Positions 35,627 to 44,175 of a stretch of DNA of 64,000 nt are shown here, one piece after another; the first letter of the stretch is position 1, and each line of letters begins with the position of its first letter. The position numbers and the translations under genes are program-made. Location of the stretch: positions 186,001 through 250,000 of IMG/VR virus record IMGVR_UViG_3300042907_001080; one strand, given 5' to 3'. The notes below the pieces were generated by a model. That model was not told the origin of the DNA. It ran no database searches and was given only the letters and a program-made list of their open reading frames with translations.

Positions 35627-36220
35627 TTATAATGCAATGAATTTCACATTATTTTTCTGCCATTCCGGTGGCATCTGCCAGTCTGGTCTATTATAGATCA
35701 CAAATGTTGTATCGGGATAATACATGAATACTGCGGCAATTTGATAGACCCAATAGCTGGGATCTACTGCCTGTGATCCCACTCTAGCATAGTTCACGGT
35801 GCCTTTGTAGATATTATTCACACTGTGATCGATCGGATACAGATCAAATCCGATCATTACAACTTCTTCGTGTCCTAACATCGCTGACAATAGCACAGCA
35901 TAACCGCCACTGCCCCAATGTTCAGCTTGATCCTTTTTCGATTCACCTCGGGTAGGCACCTCAGGTAGAAGATTGATGTTTTTGTTTTTTCTTATTTTTC
36001 TGAAGTAGTGATGCCAATGGTCCCGCACATAGATTTCTGTGTCTTTGGTATTGGGATTATTTACAGCTTCGTCAGCCATTCTGCGATCGCAACAGACCAA
36101 ATGATTGACATTTAGATCTCGATGTATGGCATTACATCCTATAAGAACATGATCGGTGTATGCGCTGATATCAACGCGGCGTCTACTTTCGCCATTGCCA
36201 ATTACCAATGCTCGAGGCAT
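35627..36220 (-). CDS. GT42/MAF(DUF115)-like putative CMP-ulosonate glycosyltransferase
   Basis: LVIGNGESR, IGCNA, SGGYAVLLSAMLGHEEVVMIGFDLY resembles the CstII/MAF fold pattern. Confidence 0.55.
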   Translation of the reverse strand: MPRALVIGNGESRRRVDISAYTDHVLIGCNAIHRDLNVNHLVCCDRRMADEAVNNPNTKDTEIYVRDHWHHYFRKIRKNKNINLLPEVPTRGESKKDQAEHWGSGGYAVLLSAMLGHEEVVMIGFDLYPIDHSVNNIYKGTVNYARVGSQAVDPSYWVYQIAAVFMYYPDTTFVIYNRPDWQMPPEWQKNNVKFIAL

Positions 36221-37062
36221 TATTCGATTCTACCGAATCCGTTCCATATTCCAGGGTTGCCTGGCTGAACACATACCCAACCAATTGACTTTCCTGCTTG
36301 AGGTGAACTGTTCCATACGATATCGCCTTCGTTAAACGAACCGCTACTAGGAGGTTCATTCCCACTAAGATGCAACTTGTCGTTGAATTTTAATGCACCA
36401 TTTACGTGTAATGTACTACGAGGATCAGGATTGTTGACATTGATGCCCAGGGAACCTATGATTGTGACCTTGGTATCGCCCACCGTCGGATTGCCTATGA
36501 TAACATTACCGCCAGCTTTGATTTGGATCCTAGCTGTGTTATCGGTTCCTAGTTCTAGGTCAGTGTAATTATAAGTGCCAATTCTTGCAGTGTTGGTACC
36601 TTCTGCACCTATTACTATATCCACATTTTGATCTATGATATTAACAGCAGCTTTGGGTTGATCTGTTCCAAGCCCTAATCGATCAGATATACTGTCATAA
36701 ACTAGATATTGATTTACACTTAATCCGCCATCTACTATCAATCCCTTGAGACGACCAACTTCTCTTAAACTGCTTTTGGTTACGGTAGGACCTAATTCTT
36801 TCTCATCAATTAATTTGATGTTGTTGGTGCTTAGATATTTTCCTTTGGCAAGATCTATATTTTCAGATATAAAAAATCTATCTGGATCGGAATTAAAAAT
36901 GAACTGTTTATTATGTCCCTGTCCATTCCACAGTATGCCTTTGCCATTGATATCGCCTTTGATGATGATGTAAGGGAATTCAGCAGAGTCAATTTCTTGA
37001 CCTTCTTGAAATACTTCTTGCAATAGGGTAGTTAGGGCATTTAATTTTTCTTGGCTTGCCAT
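36220..37062 (-). CDS. putative virion protein (paralog of 37064-38158)
   Basis: Shared GKG.LW.GQG..KQFIFNS.PDRFF, KELGPT.TKS.LREVGRL, EGDI.WN..P....GWVC; start revised to MASQEK. Confidence 0.68.
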   Translation of the reverse strand: MASQEKLNALTTLLQEVFQEGQEIDSAEFPYIIIKGDINGKGILWNGQGHNKQFIFNSDPDRFFISENIDLAKGKYLSTNNIKLIDEKELGPTVTKSSLREVGRLKGLIVDGGLSVNQYLVYDSISDRLGLGTDQPKAAVNIIDQNVDIVIGAEGTNTARIGTYNYTDLELGTDNTARIQIKAGGNVIIGNPTVGDTKVTIIGSLGINVNNPDPRSTLHVNGALKFNDKLHLSGNEPPSSGSFNEGDIVWNSSPQAGKSIGWVCVQPGNPGIWNGFGRIE

Positions 37063-37063
37063 G

Positions 37064-38158
37064 TTATGAATTTCCAATTTTACCGAAAGGCGACCATATC
37101 CCAGGAGATCCGGTTTGAATGCACACCCAACCCACATAAGAGTTCATTCTCGGTTGGATGTTCCATATAATGTCACCTTCGTTATACGATCCATTTGTTG
37201 GATAAGTGCTGTCGTATTTTTGCAGTCTATTGTTGAATCTCACTGCGCCATTTACATGCAGATCAACTTCTGGATCCGGAGTCGAAACCCTTACTGAAAG
37301 TTTACCATGTACATGTATTTGGGTAGGAGCCAGTTTGGGATTACCTAATATAATATTGCCACTCGACGAGATGATTATTCTTGCAGTGTTGTCAGTGCCT
37401 AATTCTAAATTATTACTGGCGTAAGTGCCAATGAATGCTTTTACGGTGTCTTTGGTGCCGAGAACTATCTCTACTCCGTCATCTAGGATGCTGACAGCTG
37501 CGTTAGGATTTTCAGTGCCTAGTCCTAGTCTGCTAGTGTTGGCATCGAATACCATAAACTGACCCACCGATAATCCGCCATCTACTATCAGTCCATTAAG
37601 CCGACCAACTTCTCTGAGATTGCTTTTGGTTATAGTAGGACCTAATTCTTTCTCATCAATTACTTTGATGTTGTTGACAGTGATGCTTTTGCCTTTGGCA
37701 AGATCGATGGATTCAGATGAAAAGAATCTATCCGGACTGGAGTTAAATATAAACTGTTTGGTATATCCTTGGCCACTCCAAAGCAGTCCTTTGCCGTCGA
37801 TGGTATCACCTGAAAACACAATAGGCACATCTTTCTCAAATTTGATATCTGCACGTATCTCATCCACCTCTAGAATCTTGGTTTTTAGGGTGCCTGCGAC
37901 TGTGAGATTATCGATGTTTTCTACGAACAGATTAGTGACAGTGACACCATCATTGTTCACTGTTAATTGAGTTTTTACAGCGGTATCTGTGATACCGGTG
38001 CTGGCAAAGTTATGTATTTTGCCTCCGGAAATATGATCCCCCGATAGAGATCGAAATGGCATTTTTCTTGCGATTTCTTTGACATCTGGGGCAGCGGTTT
38101 GTGCGATCGAGTTGATCTCATCGCCTAGTGCGGCTAATAAATTATTGACATTACTCAT
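37064..38158 (-). CDS. putative virion protein (paralog of 36220-37062)
   Basis: Same shared motifs; TAAATA 7 nt upstream; start revised to MSNVNN. Confidence 0.68.
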   Translation of the reverse strand: MSNVNNLLAALGDEINSIAQTAAPDVKEIARKMPFRSLSGDHISGGKIHNFASTGITDTAVKTQLTVNNDGVTVTNLFVENIDNLTVAGTLKTKILEVDEIRADIKFEKDVPIVFSGDTIDGKGLLWSGQGYTKQFIFNSSPDRFFSSESIDLAKGKSITVNNIKVIDEKELGPTITKSNLREVGRLNGLIVDGGLSVGQFMVFDANTSRLGLGTENPNAAVSILDDGVEIVLGTKDTVKAFIGTYASNNLELGTDNTARIIISSSGNIILGNPKLAPTQIHVHGKLSVRVSTPDPEVDLHVNGAVRFNNRLQKYDSTYPTNGSYNEGDIIWNIQPRMNSYVGWVCIQTGSPGIWSPFGKIGNS

Positions 38159-38180
38159 AGTAATGTATTTATCCGCCAAC

Positions 38181-38207
38181 AAAAAAGCGGACCAAAGCCC
38201 GCTTTTT
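38181..38207 (-). terminator. rho-independent terminator (likely bidirectional)
   Basis: Minus strand AAAAA-GCGGGC-TTTG-GTCCGC-TTTTTT. Confidence 0.85.
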
Positions 38208-38224
38208 ACTGAGAATCTACTTTG

Positions 38225-39400
38225 TTATTGCACTTTAAGTAGCACAGTATCTTCGTTGATACGACCGTTGAGTTTGATATCTACGGCCTTGATATCGTCT
38301 AGAAACTTGCGTAACTGCACTTTACCTGCAGCCTTGAACTCTTTGAGCTGTTCTTCGGGCTTGCGCAGAGTTTTCTGCACACTTTTTATTGGATCAAATC
38401 CAATAACTGTGGTGCCTTTGACTGCAAGATCGCTGAATTCAGCAGCCATATATTTGCCCAATTTGCGTGTTTTGACATTAAAGATCCACAGTTCCTTGGC
38501 TCCGATGATGTCTTGTGGGTTGATAGACACTAATTTAAGTTTTTCATCCTGCTTGAGATACTTCATCTTGGCCACAACTTTGGCCTTGTCAGTGGGCTTT
38601 TTAGCACGAGGCTTTTTATTAACCTTAGCCTCTTGTGCTAGCATATCACAGGCTGCAAGAATTTCGCTATAGAACAGCGTGATCTTCTTTAGATTGGCCT
38701 TGCTCAAATGACTATAACCTTCTTTCAATTGCTCGTCTTTGGTAGTGGCTGCTTCCACTAATTCGTCATAGTTTCGACTGTATAGTGTTTTAATGATTCG
38801 AGCGTGAGCGGCCTTGGCTTGGCGTCCACGTAGAAGATTTAGAAGTTTAAATGCTTTTGGATCAAATGCATCTGGATCTGTTTGAAAAGCTTCAATAGCA
38901 TCTTCAATCTCTTCAGTCATGCCTATTGCAACTTCACGCAGTCGTTCTTGGATGCTAGGAGTACACACTGCGGGTTTGACCTCCACTGCACCTTCTTCGA
39001 GTTCAACTTCGTCATGTTTACCTTCTTCGATGATCTTAGCAATGGCTTTGCTTAACCATTCTGCGGTATTACGGCCCTCGTTGAAGTCTGCTCTTACTGC
39101 TGGCATACCTTTGAGTAAGTTGGCAGCAATGGCACCTACGGTCGTGCCGCATCGATTGTCTTTGGTATCTTTGAATGCTTTAATAACATCTTTTGGATAG
39201 TTCTGGCTGCTCATCCAATTAATAACTTTGGGTTTGAGTTCTTTGCCGCTGGTTTCCAAACGATAATAACTCATAGCCATCCGGAAATGTCGACTGAACT
39301 GGTCAGCAGTCATGATCTCGTGGTCGTCCCATTTTGGACTTAGATCACGTCCTTTGTTTTGGCGGATATCGATACTTGCTTTTTTCAGTTTGGTTACCAT
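38225..39400 (-). CDS. conserved hypothetical early protein
   Basis: Start revised to MVTKLKK with AGGAG SD; LVSINP..IIGA.ELW.FNVKTRKL, KTLRKP C-terminus. Confidence 0.75.
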   Translation of the reverse strand: MVTKLKKASIDIRQNKGRDLSPKWDDHEIMTADQFSRHFRMAMSYYRLETSGKELKPKVINWMSSQNYPKDVIKAFKDTKDNRCGTTVGAIAANLLKGMPAVRADFNEGRNTAEWLSKAIAKIIEEGKHDEVELEEGAVEVKPAVCTPSIQERLREVAIGMTEEIEDAIEAFQTDPDAFDPKAFKLLNLLRGRQAKAAHARIIKTLYSRNYDELVEAATTKDEQLKEGYSHLSKANLKKITLFYSEILAACDMLAQEAKVNKKPRAKKPTDKAKVVAKMKYLKQDEKLKLVSINPQDIIGAKELWIFNVKTRKLGKYMAAEFSDLAVKGTTVIGFDPIKSVQKTLRKPEEQLKEFKAAGKVQLRKFLDDIKAVDIKLNGRINEDTVLLKVQ

Positions 39401-39431
39401 AGAGTCACTCCTGTTGTTAAACAATACATAT

Positions 39432-39460
39432 ATTATAGCACCAAATGATGAACATGTCAA
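39432..39460 (-). promoter_or_regulatory. consensus sigma70 promoter
   Basis: TTGACA-17nt-TATAAT. Confidence 0.88.
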
Positions 39461-39651
39461 CCATGATTAAATCGTTTGATTTCATGTAGGTCTCCGTTTT
39501 CATCTTCTTGGTAGACCACAGCTTCTGTAATTCCTAATCCAAGATTGGCTTCTGCTATTTCCAATGCTTCTTTTCTACTGCTGGTGGTTTCTACCAATTC
39601 TTCGTGACCGGCCTCATCCACTGCCCAAACTTCGTAAAGTTCAAAGTTCAT
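39457..39651 (-). CDS. hypothetical acidic protein
   Basis: 64-aa ORF with AAGGAG SD. Confidence 0.65.
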   Translation of the reverse strand: MNFELYEVWAVDEAGHEELVETTSSRKEALEIAEANLGLGITEAVVYQEDENGDLHEIKRFNHG

Positions 39652-39669
39652 GATACTAACACAATCTCC

Positions 39670-40251
39670 TTAAGTAAATTTTTCCCAGTCCCCACCAGGC
39701 GCCACCACCCAGCCAAGCTGTTGAAGATCATTCCGGATCTCGTCGGTTATACAGCCTTCCGGCACATATTTCTCTACTACTGCCTTCCGAGCTTCTTGTT
39801 CTTCGGTCAGCTGTTCGTTTTCTTTTGCAGGTGCATAGACGCCAATATCACGAATACCTGAACAGTACCAATCTATGTAGTCGCCTTTTTGTTGCATGTC
39901 AGCAATGATGCCACCAGCACTGCGCCAACTACAACCCCATTCCTCTTGTTTAAGGATAGGAATAACATCTAATTTAATAAACCCGTTGTTGCACATGGCC
40001 GCATATAAGTTTTGGGCGTAGTCATCTCTGGCTCGAACTTTCTCTAAAATCCAATCGGTGGTTAAGAGATCGTACTCCATATTGTTTACACGGCGTTGGG
40101 GATCGTCAAACTTATGATCGTGTTCGTTGATTATCTTTTCAAAAAGATCTAGATAATCTTCATTGACGGGTTCGCCTTGTTCAGCCTGACGCTTGACATA
40201 TCCTTGCTTTTGGAAAGAATGCCGTTCAGGGCTGCTTGAAATTTTTGACAT
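39670..40251 (-). CDS. hypothetical protein
   Basis: YAQNLYAAMCNN, SWRSAGGIIAD, GDYIDWYCSG motifs. Confidence 0.72.
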   Translation of the reverse strand: MSKISSSPERHSFQKQGYVKRQAEQGEPVNEDYLDLFEKIINEHDHKFDDPQRRVNNMEYDLLTTDWILEKVRARDDYAQNLYAAMCNNGFIKLDVIPILKQEEWGCSWRSAGGIIADMQQKGDYIDWYCSGIRDIGVYAPAKENEQLTEEQEARKAVVEKYVPEGCITDEIRNDLQQLGWVVAPGGDWEKFT

Positions 40252-40579
40252 CTTGTATTGCTTTCTTTAGTGTTTCTGCGTAGTTAACTGCCTGTTGTTC
40301 GGTCATTATGATGCTGGCTTCGTATTTGACATAGCCTTTAGTTAACAAGATCCAAATGGTCTGCCAGCGATTGAGCTTCCACCATTCTGATTTTTGTGTG
40401 GTATAGGTAGTAACCGTAACATAATGATCGTCAGCTTCAACCCAAACATTGTGATCGTGATTGGCATCTTGACATTCGCAAACAACTTGATAGGTAATAG
40501 CATCGCCCCAGTCGCTGCGTTTCAATACGCCTTCTGCTGGAGTTTGTGGTTTAAGTGTCGTTAAAGGTTCGGACATCAT
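40226..40579 (-). CDS. hypothetical protein
   Basis: Operon-coupled ORF with VVCEC motif. Confidence 0.65.
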   Translation of the reverse strand: MMSEPLTTLKPQTPAEGVLKRSDWGDAITYQVVCECQDANHDHNVWVEADDHYVTVTTYTTQKSEWWKLNRWQTIWILLTKGYVKYEASIIMTEQQAVNYAETLKKAIQDVKNFKQP

Positions 40580-40778
40580 TTCTTCTTTCATATATGCTTT
40601 TTACCATACGTTGATAGTCTTCTTCCGGCAACACAGTTCTATACATGCTGAGAGCCTGTGTGACCATGATACCGGCTATCTCTATGTCTTTATATTCTTC
40701 CATCATCACGCTAGTAAACTGTAGATACTTGGTATATAGGTCTTCAATACTGTGTTGATTTTTATCAGATATACTCAT
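40551..40778 (-). CDS. hypothetical protein
   Basis: 75-aa ORF in operon. Confidence 0.62.
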   Translation of the reverse strand: MSISDKNQHSIEDLYTKYLQFTSVMMEEYKDIEIAGIMVTQALSMYRTVLPEEDYQRMVKSIYERRNDVRTFNDT

Positions 40779-40779
40779 A

Positions 40780-41616
40780 TTATGTCCATAGACTATCTCG
40801 GGCTTTGATAAGGCGGATCATCATAGCTTCATCTTCGGCCGCATATTCTTCTTCAATCTTCTGTAGCAGTTCGTGTGATCGTGTGCTGAGTTCTTCAAGT
40901 TCGGGAGTCTTCTTGCTGCCAAAAAGTCTGCCATCGTTGAGGAGTCGTGCCTTTTCACAGTATTCAGTCCAGCCGCTGACATCATAAGGATCAGGACGAT
41001 TACGATAAGTCACAGTCCACCATAGGTAAAGTTCTTTGATCTCTTTTGCACGAAGAGCCTGTCCTGTAGGTTTGCCGTAGTCTAGATGATCTGGTTCACA
41101 CCAATCAGTGTTAGTAAGAGTCATAGCCCAATCTAAATGATCAATGCCTGCTTGAGGACAGCGCCAAGTGCGCCAACGGAACCAACCTGTAGCCCAGAAA
41201 GGTGCCTTATACTTTGCCTTATCTTCTTCGCTACCCCAAGCAATATGACTCCATGCTTGTTCTATTTCAACAAAGTCTACAAGTTCGTTGAAGAGGCAAG
41301 GAAGGAACCGGTTGCCCACGTCGCACCAGTTACCGGGCTTAATATCGCGAGGGTGAGCGGTAAGACTATGAGTGCGACTAACCCAACGGTTATTAATGTA
41401 ATACTTAACATCGTAAATCTTTCTAACAGGCCAGGTGACAAAATCTTGGATATAGCTTAGGCCTTCTTCAGCTAGCCAATAACGGACAGGATGATAGCGT
41501 TTGGCTTCATCTTCCCATTCGGCCCAGCCGTCCGAGGTTAGCGCACCCTTTTTAGGTGTGCCTCGAACCCAATCTGCGAACGGGGAGCATGACCAGTAGT
41601 TTGTGTGTTGTGCCAT
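40780..41616 (-). CDS. hypothetical Trp-rich protein
   Basis: 278-aa ORF directly downstream of a consensus promoter. Confidence 0.75.
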   Translation of the reverse strand: MAQHTNYWSCSPFADWVRGTPKKGALTSDGWAEWEDEAKRYHPVRYWLAEEGLSYIQDFVTWPVRKIYDVKYYINNRWVSRTHSLTAHPRDIKPGNWCDVGNRFLPCLFNELVDFVEIEQAWSHIAWGSEEDKAKYKAPFWATGWFRWRTWRCPQAGIDHLDWAMTLTNTDWCEPDHLDYGKPTGQALRAKEIKELYLWWTVTYRNRPDPYDVSGWTEYCEKARLLNDGRLFGSKKTPELEELSTRSHELLQKIEEEYAAEDEAMMIRLIKARDSLWT

Positions 41617-41625
41617 AATAAAGTA

Positions 41626-41654
41626 ATTATACAGTCTTTCTAGAAACTTGTCAA
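41626..41654 (-). promoter_or_regulatory. consensus sigma70 promoter with extended -10 TG
   Basis: TTGACA-17nt-TATAAT, 9 nt before the ATG, no SD. Confidence 0.88.
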
Positions 41655-41671
41655 TAAGAATCTTTTTTGAC

Positions 41672-42055
41672 TCAAATTTTTCTTTGGTATCCGGCTAGAT
41701 TGAGCATGATACTATACTGCTCGTAGGCTTTTTGGACAGCAGTATTGGATTGACGATACCAACTTTCCTCACGTTCCTTTTCCATAAGCATGGAAAACAT
41801 GTCGGCATCGCTGTAGCCGTGGGTATGATTGCCAAAAAATCTTTGTTCCATTTCTACAAGAGCTCGAAATCTGCTTTCAGGTATTTGAACTGTGAATACT
41901 TTTTCTGTTTCAAATTTTACAAAATCTCTGTTTACAATATCTGCTCGCAGAGGATCTGTAAAATATTTGGGAGGGTGGTATCTGGCCCTACGTTTTTGAT
42001 CATCTACAATTTGTATTTCGTAGTTTTTACAAAACTGATCAACTTTTTCTTTCAT
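41672..42055 (-). CDS. hypothetical protein
   Basis: 127-aa ORF coupled to thyX. Confidence 0.68.
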   Translation of the reverse strand: MKEKVDQFCKNYEIQIVDDQKRRARYHPPKYFTDPLRADIVNRDFVKFETEKVFTVQIPESRFRALVEMEQRFFGNHTHGYSDADMFSMLMEKEREESWYRQSNTAVQKAYEQYSIMLNLAGYQRKI

Positions 42056-42717
42056 TGTACTAGGCTTTCTGCTAGAGGAAATATTTCTGCAATTACTTTT
42101 GCACAGGCTTTAGCAATTTCTTGATGCTCTTTCTGGGTGCCATTGGCCGAGCGTAGTTCAATAAAATGCACCCATGACCGCAATGTTCCATTCATATACA
42201 AGCGACTTTCTATAAGACCTTCTGGTAATACAGCCCGAGCCTGTTCCTTGGCTATGCCATTAGCGATAGCCCATTCATACTCTCGTTTGGCAGCATAGAT
42301 GACTCGCTGTTGAGCACGGTACCATTCATTTTGTAACAATTGATCATCGACGTCGACGCTATTCTGTCTGTTCTTAGGGTCTTGAAGTCTAGCTTCCCTT
42401 GTAACAAAATTGAGATCTTTCGTTGGGTCAGCATAGCGTTGAGAGAACTCTTGGAAACTGAAACTTCTGTGTCGCAAGATTTGCCGGGCAATGTCTCTTG
42501 TTGTGGTAATTTCGATACAGGCGGAGACCATTTCGAGCGGTGACCAGTGTTGGTGTTTAACCAAGTATCGGATAAGTTTATCTGATGTCTCTGTATTAAG
42601 CTGGTTGCTGGGATTGCTGACACGGGCGCAATACGCAATGAGTTCCTGTGCATCTGCAATACCCATAAGTTTAAATTCGCCTGTGGGTTGGCTGTAGGAT
42701 AAAAGTTTAACATTCAT
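42052..42717 (-). CDS. thyX: FAD-dependent thymidylate synthase
   Basis: AYCARVS, HWSPLE, RQILRHRSFSFQEFSQRY, KEQARAVLP. Confidence 0.96.
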   Translation of the reverse strand: MNVKLLSYSQPTGEFKLMGIADAQELIAYCARVSNPSNQLNTETSDKLIRYLVKHQHWSPLEMVSACIEITTTRDIARQILRHRSFSFQEFSQRYADPTKDLNFVTREARLQDPKNRQNSVDVDDQLLQNEWYRAQQRVIYAAKREYEWAIANGIAKEQARAVLPEGLIESRLYMNGTLRSWVHFIELRSANGTQKEHQEIAKACAKVIAEIFPLAESLVQ

Positions 42718-43271
42718 TTATAATTCCTTAGTAATTCTATAATTTCTTCTTCTGAATAAAGTTTAATCGTTTTGATAAAAGAATCAAACTCTTCAAAATC
42801 TATATTAGCATATTTTTCCGGAGGAGCAATCTGTGCTGCAGGCATTTTAACTAGAGTCAAACCAAATTCGCAGTTCATAGGATAAACTAAAAAATCTGTT
42901 TCTTTAATAAAATACATTAACAGTTTGTACGAATCCGAACAATATTTTGACTGTGACCAAAATTTTGTTGGAGGAATCATGTCATGTATTAATATCCAGT
43001 GGTTGCAATGATTTACAGAATTATTAAAGTCTTTTAATACAAAATCATAATCGTGATTTGCATCTATAAAAATTATATCAAACGACACTTCTTTGTCTAG
43101 AATTAAAAAAAAATCATCAGTCGTTGATTTTATAAGAGCGTTGTTGTTAGTGTCTACTGATAACTTTACATTGCATTTTATTTGATCAAAGTTTTTATTT
43201 TGATCAATGCCTAACTCTAGATACACAAGATCTTTAATATTTGAAATATTGTTTATTATAGAACAAGACAT
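42714..43271 (-). CDS. class I SAM-dependent methyltransferase-like protein
   Basis: YLELGI, SVD, TTDDFF, FDIIFIDANH, ILIHD (Methyltransf_24-like); AT-rich; start revised. Confidence 0.78.
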   Translation of the reverse strand: MSCSIINNISNIKDLVYLELGIDQNKNFDQIKCNVKLSVDTNNNALIKSTTDDFFLILDKEVSFDIIFIDANHDYDFVLKDFNNSVNHCNHWILIHDMIPPTKFWSQSKYCSDSYKLLMYFIKETDFLVYPMNCEFGLTLVKMPAAQIAPPEKYANIDFEEFDSFIKTIKLYSEEEIIELLRNYK

Positions 43272-43275
43272 TTTG

Positions 43276-43767
43276 TTATTTCTGTTCTTGTTCTTTTTCA
43301 GGAAAACACAATGATTCCATGGTTTTGTAATGTTCGTAGGCTTTTTTAAGAGCTTCGAATCTTTCAAGTTTTGCCGGATCAGGCACTAGTATGGACAGTC
43401 TTTGTTCCATTTTCTTCATGAACTCTTTGAGGCTCTTACCATCTATTTTAATATCAGTGCCCGCAGCCATGTCAATACCATCGCCGGTAATACTCACAGT
43501 CTGTGGAACAGCAGCGTTGGTAAATGTATATCCACTAGTTCCTGTAGCCCACTGACTGTTATTGCTAATGTTATTAATAGTTGTAATACCGCCTACTGTT
43601 GCTCCGTAATTGTAAGAATACGCAGATGATGGCAGAGTAATTGTTGAAACTCCGGAGCCAAGTGTAATTGTATCTAATGTATCAGTCATGGTGCTTGCTT
43701 GAGCAGCACCATAACTGCTTAGATCAATTTCAATATCATCAAGTGTGATACTGTCCTTGTCGTTCAT
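43276..43767 (-). CDS. hypothetical protein
   Basis: Thr/Ser-rich linker; RLSILVPDP..E.FEALKKAYEHYK C-terminus. Confidence 0.68.
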   Translation of the reverse strand: MNDKDSITLDDIEIDLSSYGAAQASTMTDTLDTITLGSGVSTITLPSSAYSYNYGATVGGITTINNISNNSQWATGTSGYTFTNAAVPQTVSITGDGIDMAAGTDIKIDGKSLKEFMKKMEQRLSILVPDPAKLERFEALKKAYEHYKTMESLCFPEKEQEQK

Positions 43768-43769
43768 GA

Positions 43770-43961
43770 TTAGGCCTTGGCTTCTTTGCGGGCGTTTTTT
43801 TCTTCTGTGATTTCATTGCGACGAGCTTTAACTGCTTTGCCTACTTCTTGTAATGCTTTGCGAGCACGGGTGCCTGCGGCATTGTTACCTGCTGCAAATT
43901 TTGCGTCTTCTGCCAAGAATGCTTCCATTGCTGCTTTTAATTGTTCTACTGTGTTTGACAT
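43770..43961 (-). CDS. histone H1-like (Hc1 family) protein
   Basis: KF.AGNNAAGTRARKALQE..K..K.RR.EI. Confidence 0.8.
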   Translation of the reverse strand: MSNTVEQLKAAMEAFLAEDAKFAAGNNAAGTRARKALQEVGKAVKARRNEITEEKNARKEAKA

Positions 43962-44003
43962 AATGTTTTCCTTAAGTTATGTTCTACTACTTATAATAGT
44001 AAT

Positions 44004-44112
44004 TGGTGTGGTCGGTAGGATTCGAACCTACAAAGCGATGTCTAAGACGTTGCCCTTGCCCAAATGCGTTTCACAACGGACCGGAGGTATACCAAGTTCC
44101 ACTCACGACCAC
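44004..44112 (-). tRNA. atypical tRNA-like RNA (109 nt), Leu-like body, no canonical anticodon arm
   Basis: Acceptor GTGGTCG/CGACCAC plus A-CCA, T arm GTAGG-TTCGAAT-CCTAC, D loop GGAACTTGGTA; 53-nt central region. Confidence 0.7.
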
Positions 44113-44118
44113 ACATAC

Positions 44119-44147
44119 AGTATATAACCGCAAACGCAAAAGGTCAA
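44119..44147 (-). promoter_or_regulatory. sigma70 promoter for the tRNA-like RNA
   Basis: TTGACC-17nt-TATACT, 6 nt before the first acceptor-stem base. Confidence 0.8.
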
Positions 44148-44175
44148 GACTTTTGTAGTTAAATACTGTCAGATT

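Noticed and set aside
44066-44080. tRNA-His assignment from a TT-GTG-AA loop in the tRNA-like RNA
   Set aside because: The flanking bases do not form an anticodon stem and the discriminator is A rather than C.
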